Assembly (NCBI RefSeq): GCF_000621645.1
Contig: NZ_JHXR01000022.1
Coordinates: 30,957 to 62,956 of the forward strand
DNA length: 32,000 bases
DNA from: Vibrio cholerae ATCC 14035
GTDB taxonomy: Bacteria; Pseudomonadota; Gammaproteobacteria; Enterobacterales; Vibrionaceae
Reading direction: 5' to 3'
Shown one piece after another: positions 8,736 to 18,221 of the stretch. Position 1 is the first letter of the stretch; each line of letters opens with the position of its first letter. Position numbers and translations under genes: made by a program. The notes under the pieces were generated by a model, which worked only from the letters and a program-made list of their open reading frames with translations, had not been told where the DNA came from and did no database searches.

Positions 8736-9980
8736 CGGTGGAAGTTTATTTTTCAATTGCTTTGTACCAGTCACAGATAGGCTACCTCTGGCTGCCTCTT
8801 CTATATGCTCGCTCCACCAGCACATCATTGGTTTTCTGCGTTCTAAGTAGTCAGTGCGGTTATAGGCACTGCGTACTTGGTTATCGTCCACGTGAGCCAA
8901 TGCCGACTCAACCAAGTCTGGATCAAAGCCTTGTTCGTTGAGTGTGGTACTCGCTAGAGAGCGCAAACCGTGACTAACCAGCCTTCCAGCAAACCCCATA
9001 CGTTTCAATGCCATATTTGCCGTTTGGCTGTTGCAGGGCTTTTTCGGGGCTCTATCCGACGGAAAAATAAAATCACGATGGCCACTTATCGGTTTCATTA
9101 CTTCCAATAGCGCCAGCATCTGCTCTGTGAGCGGGATGCGGTGTTCTCTTCTTTTTTTCATTCTTTCAGCAGGAATGGTCCAAACCTTTTCTTCCCAATT
9201 AATTTCATCCCAACGTGCACCAGATGCTTCCGCTGGGCGCGTCATGGTGTGTAGTTGCCACTCAAGTAAACAACGGGTAGTGCGTTTGATACTGGCATTA
9301 GCGATTGCGCTCATGAGTTCGGGCAGTTCTGCTGGTGTCAGTGCTGCCATGTTTTCTTTTTTTGGTTTCTTGAAGGCGGCTTTGATGCCAGTTAATGGAT
9401 TGGCCTGGATAAGACCGCAGTTAGTGGCGAAGTTCATCACTTCATTGAGTCGCTGTGTTAAACGTTTGACGGTTTCTAGGCTACCTTTGGCTTCAATCGG
9501 TTTGAGTAGTTCTATGATCTCCGGAGCGGTGATCGCTTTTACCGGTTTGTCGGAAATGTGCGGGAAGATATGTAGCTCTAATGAACGCCAGATATCAAGG
9601 GCGTAATCCGGTGTCACATCATTCTGTTTGATGGCAAACCAATCCTTTGTGACGTTCTCAAAGGTGTGCTCATGGATCTCTTTATGTACTTGTTGTTGGC
9701 GTTTTCGATCGTCTTGTGGATCGATGCCTTGTGCGATCAGCTCTTTGGCAGAAAGTAAGCTTTTTCTTGCTTGTAAAAGGGAGATGTCTGGGTACATTCC
9801 AAAGCTTAAGTTAGCTCGTTTACCGTTTGTGGGGCGATAGTAGTTGAAGATCCACTGCTTTGAACCGTTAGGTTTGATTCTAAGTCGCAAGCCATCACCA
9901 TCGAAAAGATTATATTCTTTCTCTCTAGGTTTGGAGGCTTTGATCTCTTTATCTGTCAGCTTTACTGTGTTTTTTGCCAT
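8712..9980 (-). CDS. int: P4-type tyrosine recombinase/integrase of the ssrA-inserted island
   Basis: 422-aa ORF. N-terminal arm-binding domain pattern (LTDKEIKASKP...FDGDGLRLRIKPNGSKQWIFNYY). C-terminal catalytic motifs (TMTRPAEA, HGLRSLASTT, ALAH, RSAYNRTDY). Its start codon lies 167 bp from the 3' end of ssrA. The last ~10 codons (PPPPTWKQM) read into the IS fragment junction. Confidence 0.9.
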   Translation of the reverse strand: MAKNTVKLTDKEIKASKPREKEYNLFDGDGLRLRIKPNGSKQWIFNYYRPTNGKRANLSFGMYPDISLLQARKSLLSAKELIAQGIDPQDDRKRQQQVHKEIHEHTFENVTKDWFAIKQNDVTPDYALDIWRSLELHIFPHISDKPVKAITAPEIIELLKPIEAKGSLETVKRLTQRLNEVMNFATNCGLIQANPLTGIKAAFKKPKKENMAALTPAELPELMSAIANASIKRTTRCLLEWQLHTMTRPAEASGARWDEINWEEKVWTIPAERMKKRREHRIPLTEQMLALLEVMKPISGHRDFIFPSDRAPKKPCNSQTANMALKRMGFAGRLVSHGLRSLASTTLNEQGFDPDLVESALAHVDDNQVRSAYNRTDYLERRKPMMCWWSEHIEEAARGSLSVTGTKQLKNKLPPPPTWKQM

Positions 9981-9983
9981 GAT

Positions 9984-10032
9984 GGGTACACCAGATTAAC
10001 ACGATAAAATCAGTGTACCTTGTAGTGTACCT
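9984..10032. repeat. Three copies of a GTGTACC core immediately upstream of int (candidate recombinase arm-type or operator sites)
   Basis: Direct repeats AGTGTACCT at 10012-10020 and 10024-10032 (12-bp period). An inverted copy GGGTACACC lies at 9984-9992. All are within 52 bp of the int start codon. Confidence 0.5.
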
Positions 10033-10107
10033 AAAAATCAAAGCTGCTATGGAATCTTGTGGAATAGCTATGAATGCTAAGTTATTGATTTTTTAATTGT
10101 TTTATAT

Positions 10108-10134
10108 AAGAAAAAAGACGCCCGGAGACGTCTT
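10108..10134 (-). terminator. Rho-independent terminator of ssrA
   Basis: Read on the minus strand: AAGACG-TCTCCGGG-CGTCTT followed by TTTTTCTT. It starts 13 nt after the tmRNA CCA end. Confidence 0.65.
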
Positions 10135-10146
10135 TAAACTATGATT

Positions 10147-10513
10147 TGGTGGAGCTGGGGGGAGTTGAACCCCCGTCCGAAAACCATTCATCTTTGGTAC
10201 TACATGCTTAGTCGATCTTTAATTTCACCACCGCCTGCGAACCGACACGCTAACGAATGGCTAACCTGAATTAGATCTCGCGCTTCATCCCTCAGGTGGG
10301 GGAATCCACGCCAGCTTGATTTGGTTTGACCTTCCTTATTTCCCCGTCTTACAAGCGGAAGCTAGGGAGGAAGGGCTCTGAGCAGGGTATTAAGCTGCTA
10401 GTGCGTAGTTTTCGTCGTTTGCGACTATTTTTTTGCGGTTTGTTAACGAGGCCTACCGCACCTCGGCATGCACCTCAGACTGCAAAATTCCCGTCGAATC
10501 CTGAATCAGCCCC
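10147..10513 (-). ncRNA. ssrA: tmRNA (SsrA), 367 nt
   Basis: Minus strand starts GGGGCTGATTCAGGATTCGACGGG and ends ...GGGGGTTCAACTCCCCCCAGCTCCACCA (tRNA-Ala-like acceptor and T-arm). Tag reading frame GCA AAC GAC GAA AAC TAC GCA CTA GCA GCT TAA (ANDENYALAA) is at 10422-10390. Confidence 0.97.
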
Positions 10514-10528
10514 AGAGGTAACGGGTGC

Positions 10529-10556
10529 ATAGTACCAGAATAAGTGCTTCTGTCTA
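10529..10556 (-). promoter_or_regulatory. Possible sigma70 promoter for ssrA
   Basis: Minus strand TAGACA (10556-10551), 16-bp spacer, TACTAT (10534-10529), about 15 nt upstream of the mature 5' GGGG. Based on the motif only. Confidence 0.3.
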
Positions 10557-10581
10557 GCTCCCATTTTTCAAGTGGTTACTA

Positions 10582-11067
10582 TTAGCGCAACGCGCTCTTC
10601 ATCACTCGATCTTTTTGGCGTTGCCACTCTTTTTCTTTCAGATCTTCACGTTTGTCGTGCAGTTTCTTACCTTTCGCAACGCCAATTTTGATTTTGACCC
10701 ACGAACGAGACCAGTAGAGTGACAATGCGGTTAGTGTCATCCCTTCACGGTTGATGCGGCCAAACAGGTTGTCCAGCTCGCGGCGTGAAAGTAGCAGCTT
10801 GCGGATACGGGTAGGGTTGGCTACCACGTGAGTGGAGGCTTGCTGCAACGGAATGATGGTCATACCGGAAATGAACGCTTCGCCATCTTTGATGTAGACG
10901 TAGCTTTCTGCAATGTTGGCTTTACCTTGGCGAAGTGATTTGACTTCCCAGCCTTGTAGCTCCATGCCGGCTTCAAATTCATCTTCGATGAAGTATTCGT
11001 GGCGAGCTTTTTTGTTCAGCGCGATAGTGTTGCTACCCGCTTTGGTATTGGTTTTCTTTTTTGTCAT
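10582..11067 (-). CDS. smpB: SsrA-binding protein SmpB
   Basis: 161-aa ORF with clear SmpB similarity ([11 protein letters not shown]...GWEVKSLR...KLLL...REL). Sits immediately upstream of ssrA on the same strand, as in enterobacteria. Confidence 0.95.
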   Translation of the reverse strand: MTKKKTNTKAGSNTIALNKKARHEYFIEDEFEAGMELQGWEVKSLRQGKANIAESYVYIKDGEAFISGMTIIPLQQASTHVVANPTRIRKLLLSRRELDNLFGRINREGMTLTALSLYWSRSWVKIKIGVAKGKKLHDKREDLKEKEWQRQKDRVMKSALR

Positions 11068-11250
11068 AGTGGGCGCATTATACGGATTGGTCAGCGGTTA
11101 GGAAACGCTTTTGTTTGCCGTAGCATACGGTTATCTGCGCGATGACTCAAGCGCTGTATTGTGTTGTGCGAGCCTGATGGCTTGAGGTGCTGGGGGGATG
11201 AAAGTACAATCCGTTTTCCCAAGCTGTTTGAGTCGTGGTAAGGAGTGAAA

Positions 11251-11685
11251 ATGAAACAAGTGAGTCGTTCTGCCTTGGTCTCGTTTAGTGCAGAGCAGAT
11301 GTTTCATTTGGTCAATGATGTGGCGCGTTATCCTGAGTTTTTGCCCGGTTGTTCGGGTTCTTGTGTGCTGGAGCAGAGTGAGGCACATATGGTGGCATCG
11401 GTGGATGTTTCAAAAGCGGGGATCAGTAAGACGTTTACCACCTCGAATCAATTGACGCCCGGGGTGTCGATTGCCATGAGCTTGGTGGATGGGCCTTTTA
11501 AAACGCTGCGCGGTGGATGGTTTTTCACTCCGTTGGATGAAGCCGCGTGTAAAGTTGAGCTGCGTTTGGAGTTTGAGTTTTCCAGCAAAATGATTGAGTT
11601 GGCGTTTGGCAAAATTTTTAATGAATTGACCAGCAATATGGTGAATGCGTTTACTCGCCGAGCAAAACAGGTGTATGGAGAGTGA
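11251..11685 (+). CDS. ratA: SRPBCC/START-fold protein, RatA (YfjG)/Coq10-like ubiquinone-binding family
   Basis: AAGGAG at 11240-11245 lies 5 nt upstream of ATG 11251 (the ORF track starts at GTG 11245). [32 protein letters not shown]...[17 protein letters not shown] closely resembles E. coli RatA. Confidence 0.85.
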   Translation: MKQVSRSALVSFSAEQMFHLVNDVARYPEFLPGCSGSCVLEQSEAHMVASVDVSKAGISKTFTTSNQLTPGVSIAMSLVDGPFKTLRGGWFFTPLDEAACKVELRLEFEFSSKMIELAFGKIFNELTSNMVNAFTRRAKQVYGE

Positions 11686-11993
11686 TGATGAGCAGTGAAA
11701 TGATTCATGTTGAAGTGGTGTATGCGCTACCGCATGAGCAACGTGTACTCAAGCTGGTGGTTGAGCAATCGGCAACGGTGGAAGAGATCATCCGTACCTC
11801 AGGCATTTTGCAGATGTATCCTGAGATTGATCTGACGGTCAATAAGGTGGGCATTTTCAGCCGGAATGTGAAGTTGGATGCTAGGGTGCGAGATAAAGAT
11901 CGGATTGAGATTTATCGCCCATTATTGGCTGACCCGAAAGAGATTCGCCGTAAACGTGCGGAGCAAGCCAAAGCGGCCGCTAATCAAAGTTAA
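11682..11993 (+). CDS. rnfH: RnfH-family ubiquitin-fold protein (YfjF/RatB)
   Basis: 103-aa ORF overlapping the ratA stop (GTGATGATG; true start is GTG 11682, ATG 11685 or ATG 11688). [10 protein letters not shown]...VGIFSR...[20 protein letters not shown] matches RnfH. Confidence 0.85.
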   Translation: MMMSSEMIHVEVVYALPHEQRVLKLVVEQSATVEEIIRTSGILQMYPEIDLTVNKVGIFSRNVKLDARVRDKDRIEIYRPLLADPKEIRRKRAEQAKAAANQS

Positions 11994-12018
11994 TGTGACG
12001 GCTGAAGAATCAACACCA

Positions 12019-12055
12019 AAAAAAGAAAAGGCTTGTGAAAGCCTTTTCTTTTTTA
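12019..12055. terminator. Bidirectional terminator between rnfH and bamE
   Basis: AGAAAAGGCTT-GTGA-AAGCCTTTTCT stem (12024-12049) flanked by an A-run upstream and a T-run downstream. Confidence 0.75.
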
Positions 12056-12070
12056 ATCAGCAAAGTGCGC

Positions 12071-12430
12071 TTAGTTGACGCCTTCGAAGAAAGAATCGCC
12101 AGCAGGGAAATCTCCCGCGACATTGACTAGCTTGCCACCATCGTTAAATTTCACGATCAGGTTCTTTTGTACCGGATCGTTATGGCCTTGGGTGTGGTGG
12201 TAAATGTAATACCAAGTATCTGGGTAGCCATTTTCAACCAACATAGGTGAGCCGAGAACAAAACGAACTTGATCTTTGCTCATGCCAAACTTGAGCTGAT
12301 CGACGGATTGTTGATCAACATAGTTACCCTGATTGATATCGATTCGATACACCAAGCGCTCTAATAAAGAGCAGCCGGATAAGGCGGTGACGGCAAGGGG
12401 AAGGGCGATGAACCACTTAGTAAACTGCAT
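12071..12430 (-). CDS. bamE: Outer-membrane assembly lipoprotein BamE (SmpA/OmlA)
   Basis: Probable start is ATG 12430 ([20 protein letters not shown], lipobox LSGC), giving 119 aa; the ORF track start at 12481 is probably too long. IDINQGNY...QV.FVLG.P motif typical of BamE. Confidence 0.85.
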   Translation of the reverse strand: MQFTKWFIALPLAVTALSGCSLLERLVYRIDINQGNYVDQQSVDQLKFGMSKDQVRFVLGSPMLVENGYPDTWYYIYHHTQGHNDPVQKNLIVKFNDGGKLVNVAGDFPAGDSFFEGVN

Positions 12431-12481
12431 TGTTAAAACTCTCTGTCCCTCAGGGCTAAAAACTTGGCTGATAATAAACAA

Positions 12482-12520
12482 GCTCAGAGCAGATGTAAAA
12501 ACCTCGATCGTGCTCTGAGC
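12482..12520 (-). terminator. Hairpin downstream of recN (possible terminator or attenuator before bamE)
   Basis: 10-bp perfect arms GCTCAGAGCA (12482-12491) / TGCTCTGAGC (12511-12520) with a 19-nt loop. The minus-strand 3' flank is TTGTTTATT. Confidence 0.4.
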
Positions 12521-12588
12521 CTATTGAGACTGTGAATTTTGAGTTTGGTTGCAAAGCTGAACAAAAAATCCAGTGATGCGATATGAAA

Positions 12589-14253
12589 TTAGGCTGCGAT
12601 TAATAGCTCTTTAGCATTCGCGAGCGTGGATTCGGTAATTTGGCTGCCTCCGAGCAAGCGTGCAAGTTCAGCAATGCGCTGTTCTTGATCCAGTTTGAGC
12701 ATTTGCGTTTCGGTTTTGCCTGCTTTGGTCTGTTTGGCGACAAACAGTTGATGGTGTCCGCAACCTGCCACTTGCGGTAAGTGGGTGACACACAGTACTT
12801 GAGTCGACTCGCCCAATTTGCGCAGTAGTTTGCCAACTACGGCTGCTGTTGGCCCTGAAATACCCACGTCAACTTCATCAAAAATCAGGCTTGGAGTATC
12901 GACTTTCTGCGCAGTAATCACTTGGATCGCCAATGACATCCGTGACAGTTCACCACCAGAGGCCACTTTGGCGATGGGTTGCAGCGGTTGACCCGGGTTC
13001 GTCGAGACTAAGAAAGTCACGGCATCAAAACCTAATGGCGATGAGTGCGCGCTGTCTTGCTGCACTTCGATTTTGAATTGCGCTTTTTCCATGCTCAGCT
13101 CATGCATGCTTTGGCTAATCAATTTATCCAATTCTTTGGCATAGCGAACACGAGATTTGTGCAGTTTGTCAGCGGCCGCAACAAACGTTTGGTAGAGCAC
13201 GTCGACTTCACTCGCGAGTGCTGACATTTTCTCATCAGAACAATCTAGCTGAGCAATTTGCTGTAAGAGTGCTTGGTGATGCTGATACAGCTCTTCTGGC
13301 AGTACATGATGTTTACGCGCGAGCGACATGACTTTGGAGTAGCGCTCTTCTACATACGCCATGCGTTCTGGGTCGACATCAATCGAATCCAAGTAATTGC
13401 GCAGTTCATGGTAAGTCTCTTCAAGTTGGATCAGCGCTTCGGCCACCATTGAAGGGAGCGCTGTCAGTTTGCTATCCATTTCAGCCAGATCAATCAGCGT
13501 ATGGCTAACACTTTGTAAAAGGCCTAAGGCGTTTACTTCTTCCCCTTCATTGAGCAGTTCAATCGCGCGTTGGCAGTTGAGTGCCAGATCGCCGCTATTG
13601 GCTAAGCGTTTTTGCTCTTGTTCTAGCTCGACAAACTCATCCTCACCGAGAGCCAATTCGTTGAGCTCTTTGATTTGGTATTCCAAAAGTTGTAATTGTG
13701 CCTGATTTTGTTGGCTATTTTCGCGCAGCTGTTTGAGCTGATTGCTCGCTTGACGCCAATTTTGATAGGCGTGACGCGTGGCTTTGAGCAAGTCTGCATG
13801 ACCTGCGTATTGATCAAGCATGCTGAGCTGATATTCCGGTTTCATCAGTTGCTGATGTGCGTGTTGACCATGCACATTGATCAGCAGTTGCCCCAATGTT
13901 TTGAGTTGAGAGAGCGGAACTGGGCTGCCATTAATAAAGGCTTTAGAGCGCCCATCTTTGGTGATGATTCGGCGCAGAATGCACTCTTTGCCTTCAAGCA
14001 GTTCATTATCTTCTAACCAACGGCTAGCGAGCAGATTGTTATCCAGATGAAAGGCGGCGCTGACTTCGGTTTTATCTTCACCTTGACGCACCATGCTGGC
14101 TTCGGCTCGACCACCGAGACATAAACCTAAAGCATCAATCGCAATGGATTTACCAGCACCAGTTTCACCGGTGATGGTGGTCATTCCTTTTGATAATTCG
14201 AGTTGTAGTGACTTTACGATAGCGAAGTTATTGATACTTAAGTGAGCCAGCAT
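12589..14253 (-). CDS. recN: DNA repair protein RecN (SMC-like ATPase)
   Basis: Start taken at ATG 14253 ([13 protein letters not shown]), giving 554 aa. Walker A GETGAGKS, long coiled-coil middle, and C-terminal signature/Walker B (ASGGELSR...[12 protein letters not shown]). Confidence 0.95.
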
Positions 14254-14277
14254 GTTTGCACCTGTATGATTAACCAA

Positions 14278-14297
14278 TGCTGTATGTTTAAACAGTT
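14278..14297. promoter_or_regulatory. LexA (SOS) box 1 upstream of recN
   Basis: tgCTGTatgtttaaACAGtt: CTGT-N8-ACAG at 14280-14295, 27 nt upstream of the recN start. Confidence 0.75.
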
Positions 14298-14299
14298 TA

Positions 14300-14319
14300 T
14301 ACTGTTTCTTTATACAGTA
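14300..14319. promoter_or_regulatory. LexA (SOS) box 2 upstream of recN
   Basis: TACTGTttctttatACAGTA is a perfect TACTGT-N8-ACAGTA palindrome. Confidence 0.85.
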
Positions 14320-14382
14320 AAGTCACTCAGGTAAAATTTTTTGGTCACTTTTACGCTCTATGAGCAAAATCTGTGAACGAAA

Positions 14383-15267
14383 TCAAAACAGTTTGCTCGA
14401 CCAGCCAAGCTTAGTACGCAATACGTGGTAGTAACTGTAGTCTTGAGGATGGATCAGTTTCAGCACATTAGGGCTTTGATAGATGTGGATTTCATCACCA
14501 GGCGACACAGGTAATGAGACTTGTCCATCACAGCTCACTTCTTGAGTGCCGCGATTTTCAGGAGAAACCACCAGTTTAATGCGTTGATTTCCGCCCACCA
14601 CTAATGGGCGGCAGGAGAGGGTATGCGGAAACATAGGCACTAAAGTAATGGCATTCAGGCTTGGCGAGAGGATCGGGCCTCCGCCGGAAAGTGAATAAGC
14701 AGTCGAGCCGGTTGGGGTTGAGACAATTAACCCATCGGAGCGCTGAGAGAAAGCGAAGTTATCATCAATATAGACTTCAAATTCAATCATATGCGCTATT
14801 TTTCCTGGATGAAGCACGGCTTCATTCAAGGCGGCATTATGGCTTTTCACTTGACCGTGGCGATGGATTTCCGCTTCAAGCAAAAAGCGAGTTTCTTGCA
14901 AATAGTGACCATCCAACACTTCTTGTAAGCGCTGTTGGAAATCTTCTGGGTTTAAATCGGTCAAAAAGCCTAAATTGCCACGATTAACCCCGATCACACT
15001 GATATCAAAGCGGGACAACACGCGCGCAGCACCAAGCATGTTGCCATCGCCACCGACCACAATCGCCAAATCGGCTTTTTTGCCCAGTTCAATCAGGCTT
15101 GCAAAATGTTCGGTGGGTAAATCGGTCAGAATTTCCCGTAAACGATCATCGATAAACACGGTATATCCGAGCGATCTTAGCCAGTGGTAAATCTCTTTAT
15201 GAGTTTGAATGGCTTGTTGATCGCGCGGTTTTCCAATGATGGCAAGAACGTTGAACGGCTTTTTCAT
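14383..15267 (-). CDS. nadK: NAD kinase
   Basis: 294-aa ORF. GGDGN motif ([13 protein letters not shown]) and the conserved NadK C-terminal region ([17 protein letters not shown]). Synteny with recN and grpE matches E. coli. Confidence 0.93.
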   Translation of the reverse strand: MKKPFNVLAIIGKPRDQQAIQTHKEIYHWLRSLGYTVFIDDRLREILTDLPTEHFASLIELGKKADLAIVVGGDGNMLGAARVLSRFDISVIGVNRGNLGFLTDLNPEDFQQRLQEVLDGHYLQETRFLLEAEIHRHGQVKSHNAALNEAVLHPGKIAHMIEFEVYIDDNFAFSQRSDGLIVSTPTGSTAYSLSGGGPILSPSLNAITLVPMFPHTLSCRPLVVGGNQRIKLVVSPENRGTQEVSCDGQVSLPVSPGDEIHIYQSPNVLKLIHPQDYSYYHVLRTKLGWSSKLF

Positions 15268-15288
15268 AAGGTTTCCAACCGATTTAGG

Positions 15289-15317
15289 CTTGAATCAGAA
15301 TTCATCGTCCCCATAAT
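15289..15317 (+). promoter_or_regulatory. sigma32 heat-shock promoter of grpE
   Basis: CTTGAA (15289-15294), 14-nt spacer, CCCCATAAT (15309-15317). Consensus is CTTGAA-N13-15-CCCCATnT. Confidence 0.75.
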
Positions 15318-15412
15318 AAGGGCAAGTTGTGCTTTTATGCGAATTTTTGTGTTGGGAAATCGACGATTAGACGATTTCTCCTGACCAGTATGAAGTGAAT
15401 TTTGGAGATATC

Positions 15413-16015
15413 ATGAGCAACGAAGAGATCAAGAACAAAGACGAGCAGCTGCAACAAGACGCGGTTGAGACTGAAGCTGAAGTTGTAGGAACAGATGCCG
15501 ATATCGACTGGAACCAAGCCGCTGACGAAATCGATGAGAAAGAAGCGAAAATTGCTCAGTTAGAAGCGGCGCTGCTTGTGAGCGAAGAGCGCGTGAAAGA
15601 GCAGCAAGACAGCGTACTGCGTGCCCGTGCGGAAGTCGAAAACATGCGTCGCCGTAGCGAGCAGGAAGTGGATAAAGCACGTAAATTTGCGCTGAGCCGC
15701 TTTGCTGAAGAGCTACTGCCAGTGATTGATAACCTTGAGCGTGCGATTCAAGCCGCCGATGGTGAAGTTGAAGCGATCAAACCTCTGCTGGAAGGTGTAG
15801 AACTGACGCACAAAACTTTCGTTGATACGATTGCGAAGTTCGGCTTGAAAGAGATTAACCCGCACGGTGAAGTGTTTAACCCTGAATTCCACCAAGCCAT
15901 GTCGATTCAAGAAAGCGCTGAGCATGAGCCAAACACGGTGATGTTTGTGATGCAAAAAGGCTATGAACTGAATGGTCGTGTATTACGCCCTGCTATGGTG
16001 ATGGTGTCTAAGTAA
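15413..16015 (+). CDS. grpE: Nucleotide exchange factor GrpE
   Basis: GGAG at 15404-15407 precedes ATG 15413 (200 aa; the ORF track begins at an upstream GTG). Conserved GrpE core (RA.AE.EN.RRR...F...LLPV.DNLERA...). Confidence 0.93.
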
Positions 16016-16038
16016 TTCCTAGACCCTGAGCGACAGAA

Positions 16039-16068
16039 GAAGCGAAGCCGATTGGCTTCGCTTTTTTA
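16039..16068 (+). terminator. grpE rho-independent terminator
   Basis: AGCGAAGCC-GATT-GGCTTCGCT followed by TTTTTTAT. Confidence 0.8.
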
Positions 16069-16128
16069 TGTTCTAAAACCGATTTATGCGCAAAAACACA
16101 ATAAATCTGAATTTTTTTCACTTTTACC

Positions 16129-16157
16129 CTTGAAATGGTTTTTGAAGACCTTATTTA
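16129..16157 (+). promoter_or_regulatory. sigma32 promoter (distal) of dnaK
   Basis: CCCTTGAAA with CTTGAA at 16129-16134, 14-nt spacer, CCTTATTTA at 16149-16157. Confidence 0.65.
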
Positions 16158-16204
16158 AGGGGCATACGAGAAGCAAACAAGCCCGTTTTGGTTTGTGAGT
16201 AGGG

Positions 16205-16233
16205 GTTGAAACCCGATTCTCCATCCCCACATT
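16205..16233 (+). promoter_or_regulatory. sigma32 promoter (proximal) of dnaK
   Basis: GTTGAA (16205-16210), 14-nt spacer, CCCCACATT (16225-16233). Confidence 0.65.
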
Positions 16234-16278
16234 AGGGGTATACAAACTCGAACATAGAATTTTTTTGGAGATAGCCTG

Positions 16279-18186
16279 ATGGGTAAAATCATTGGTATTG
16301 ACTTAGGTACTACAAACTCATGTGTTGCTGTGCTGGACGGCGACAAGCCTCGCGTAATTGAAAACGCAGAGGGTGAGCGTACTACTCCTTCTGTAATTGC
16401 ATACACAGACGGTGAAACTCTGGTGGGTCAACCTGCGAAACGTCAAGCAGTCACTAACCCACAAAACACGCTATTTGCAATCAAGCGTCTGATCGGTCGT
16501 CGTTTTGAAGACGAAGAAGTTCAGCGCGATATCAAAATCATGCCTTACAAAATTGTTAAGGCTGACAACGGTGATGCTTGGGTTGAAGCGAAAGGCCAAA
16601 AAATGGCCGCTCCTCAAGTGTCTGCTGAAGTGCTGAAGAAAATGAAGAAAACCGCGGAAGATTTCCTCGGCGAACCCGTTACTGCAGCAGTTATCACTGT
16701 ACCTGCTTACTTTAACGATGCTCAGCGTCAAGCAACCAAAGATGCTGGCCGTATCGCAGGTCTAGAAGTGAAACGTATCATCAACGAGCCAACCGCAGCA
16801 GCTCTGGCTTATGGCCTAGACAAGCAAGGCGGTGATCGCACTATCGCGGTGTATGACCTTGGTGGTGGTACATTCGATATCTCTATCATTGAGATCGATG
16901 AAGTTGAAGGCGAGAAAACCTTCGAAGTTCTGTCTACCAACGGTGACACTCACCTAGGTGGTGAAGATTTTGACAACCGCATGATCAACTACCTAGTTGA
17001 CGAGTTCAAGAAAGACCAAGGCATCGACCTGCGTAACGACCCGCTGGCAATGCAACGTCTGAAAGAAGCGGCTGAGAAAGCGAAAATCGAACTTTCTTCT
17101 GCGCAGCAAACTGACGTTAACCTGCCATACATCACCGCAGATGCGACCGGTCCTAAGCACATGAACATCAAAGTGACTCGTGCGAAACTGGAAGCGCTGG
17201 TTGAAGATCTGGTTCAACGTTCTCTGGAACCACTGAAAGTTGCTCTGGCGGATGCTGATCTGTCTGTGAACGACATTACTGACGTTATCCTAGTCGGTGG
17301 TCAAACTCGTATGCCAATGGTTCAGAAGAAAGTAGCTGAATTCTTTGGTAAAGAGCCACGTAAAGACGTGAACCCAGACGAAGCGGTAGCGGTAGGTGCT
17401 GCGGTTCAAGGCGGTGTTCTAGCGGGTGAAGTAAAAGACGTTCTGCTGCTAGACGTAACGCCTCTGTCTCTGGGTATTGAAACCATGGGCGGTGTGATGA
17501 CTAAACTCATCGAGAAAAACACCACTATCCCAACCAAAGCGAACCAAGTGTTCTCTACGGCGGAAGATAACCAAAGCGCAGTAACCATCCACGTACTGCA
17601 AGGTGAGCGTAAGCAAGCGATGTACAACAAATCTCTGGGTCAATTTAACCTAGAGGGCATCAACCCTGCGCCACGTGGTATGCCACAAATCGAAGTTATC
17701 TTCGACTTGGATGCAGACGGTATCCTGCACGTTTCAGCCAAAGACAAACAGACTGGTAAAGAGCAGAAGATCACTATCCAAGCTTCTGGCGGTCTGAGCG
17801 ATGCTGAAATCGAAAAAATGGTTCAAGAAGCTGAAGCGAACAAAGAAGCGGACAAAAAGTTCGAAGAGTTAGCGACTGCGCGTAACCAAGCAGACCAGAT
17901 GATCCACGCAACTCGCAAACAAATCACAGAAGCAGGCGAAGCACTGCCAGCGGATGAGAAAGCGAAGATCGAAACGGCGATCAACGAGCTAGAAACAGCG
18001 AAAAAAGGCGAAGACAAAGCGGAAATCGATGCCAAAGTGCAAGCACTGATGGCGGCGGCACAGAAGCTGATGGAAATCGCACAGCAACAAGCTCAAGCAC
18101 AAGGTGCAAACGCGGGTCAATCTTCAGCTAAAGAAGATGACGTAGTGGACGCTGAGTTTGAAGAAGTTAACGACGATAAGAAGTAA
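16279..18186 (+). CDS. dnaK: Molecular chaperone DnaK (Hsp70)
   Basis: 635-aa ORF. GGAG upstream. Hsp70 signatures [16 protein letters not shown] and [11 protein letters not shown]. Confidence 0.98.
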
Positions 18187-18196
18187 TTGAGTGATA

Positions 18197-18221
18197 CCGC
18201 ACGAAATCATGCGTGCGGTTT
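18197..18221 (+). terminator. Weak hairpin/attenuator after dnaK
   Basis: CCGCACG-AAATCATG-CGTGCGG followed by TTT only. A second hairpin CGGGCGT...ACGCCCG lies downstream. Confidence 0.35.

Noticed and set aside
8726-8740. G-rich run (GTGGGGGGCGGTGG) at the int/IS junction resembling the CTGGGGGGAG of the ssrA 3' end, considered as an att remnant
   Set aside because: Only about 7-8 nt are shared, which is within chance expectation. No extended match to the tmRNA 3' end.
9031-9606. 191-aa ORF on the plus strand inside the integrase gene
   Set aside because: It is entirely antisense to a well-supported integrase CDS. Its Ser/Cys/Leu-rich composition has no motifs and is a typical shadow ORF.
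10326-10532. 68-aa plus-strand ORF
   Set aside because: It lies on the opposite strand of the tmRNA gene, and the region is fully explained by ssrA.
11131-11388. 85-aa minus-strand ORF
   Set aside because: It overlaps the ratA 5' region and the smpB/ratA divergent promoter region on the wrong strand. Arg/Thr/His-rich shadow ORF.
11251-11993. ratA-rnfH overlapping pair as a toxin-antitoxin system
   Set aside because: The 4-nt overlap and historical RatA/RatB naming suggest a TA pair. However, these are conserved core genes (SRPBCC/Coq10-like and RnfH ubiquitin-fold) in conserved synteny, and RnfH is not an established antitoxin. I do not call a TA module.
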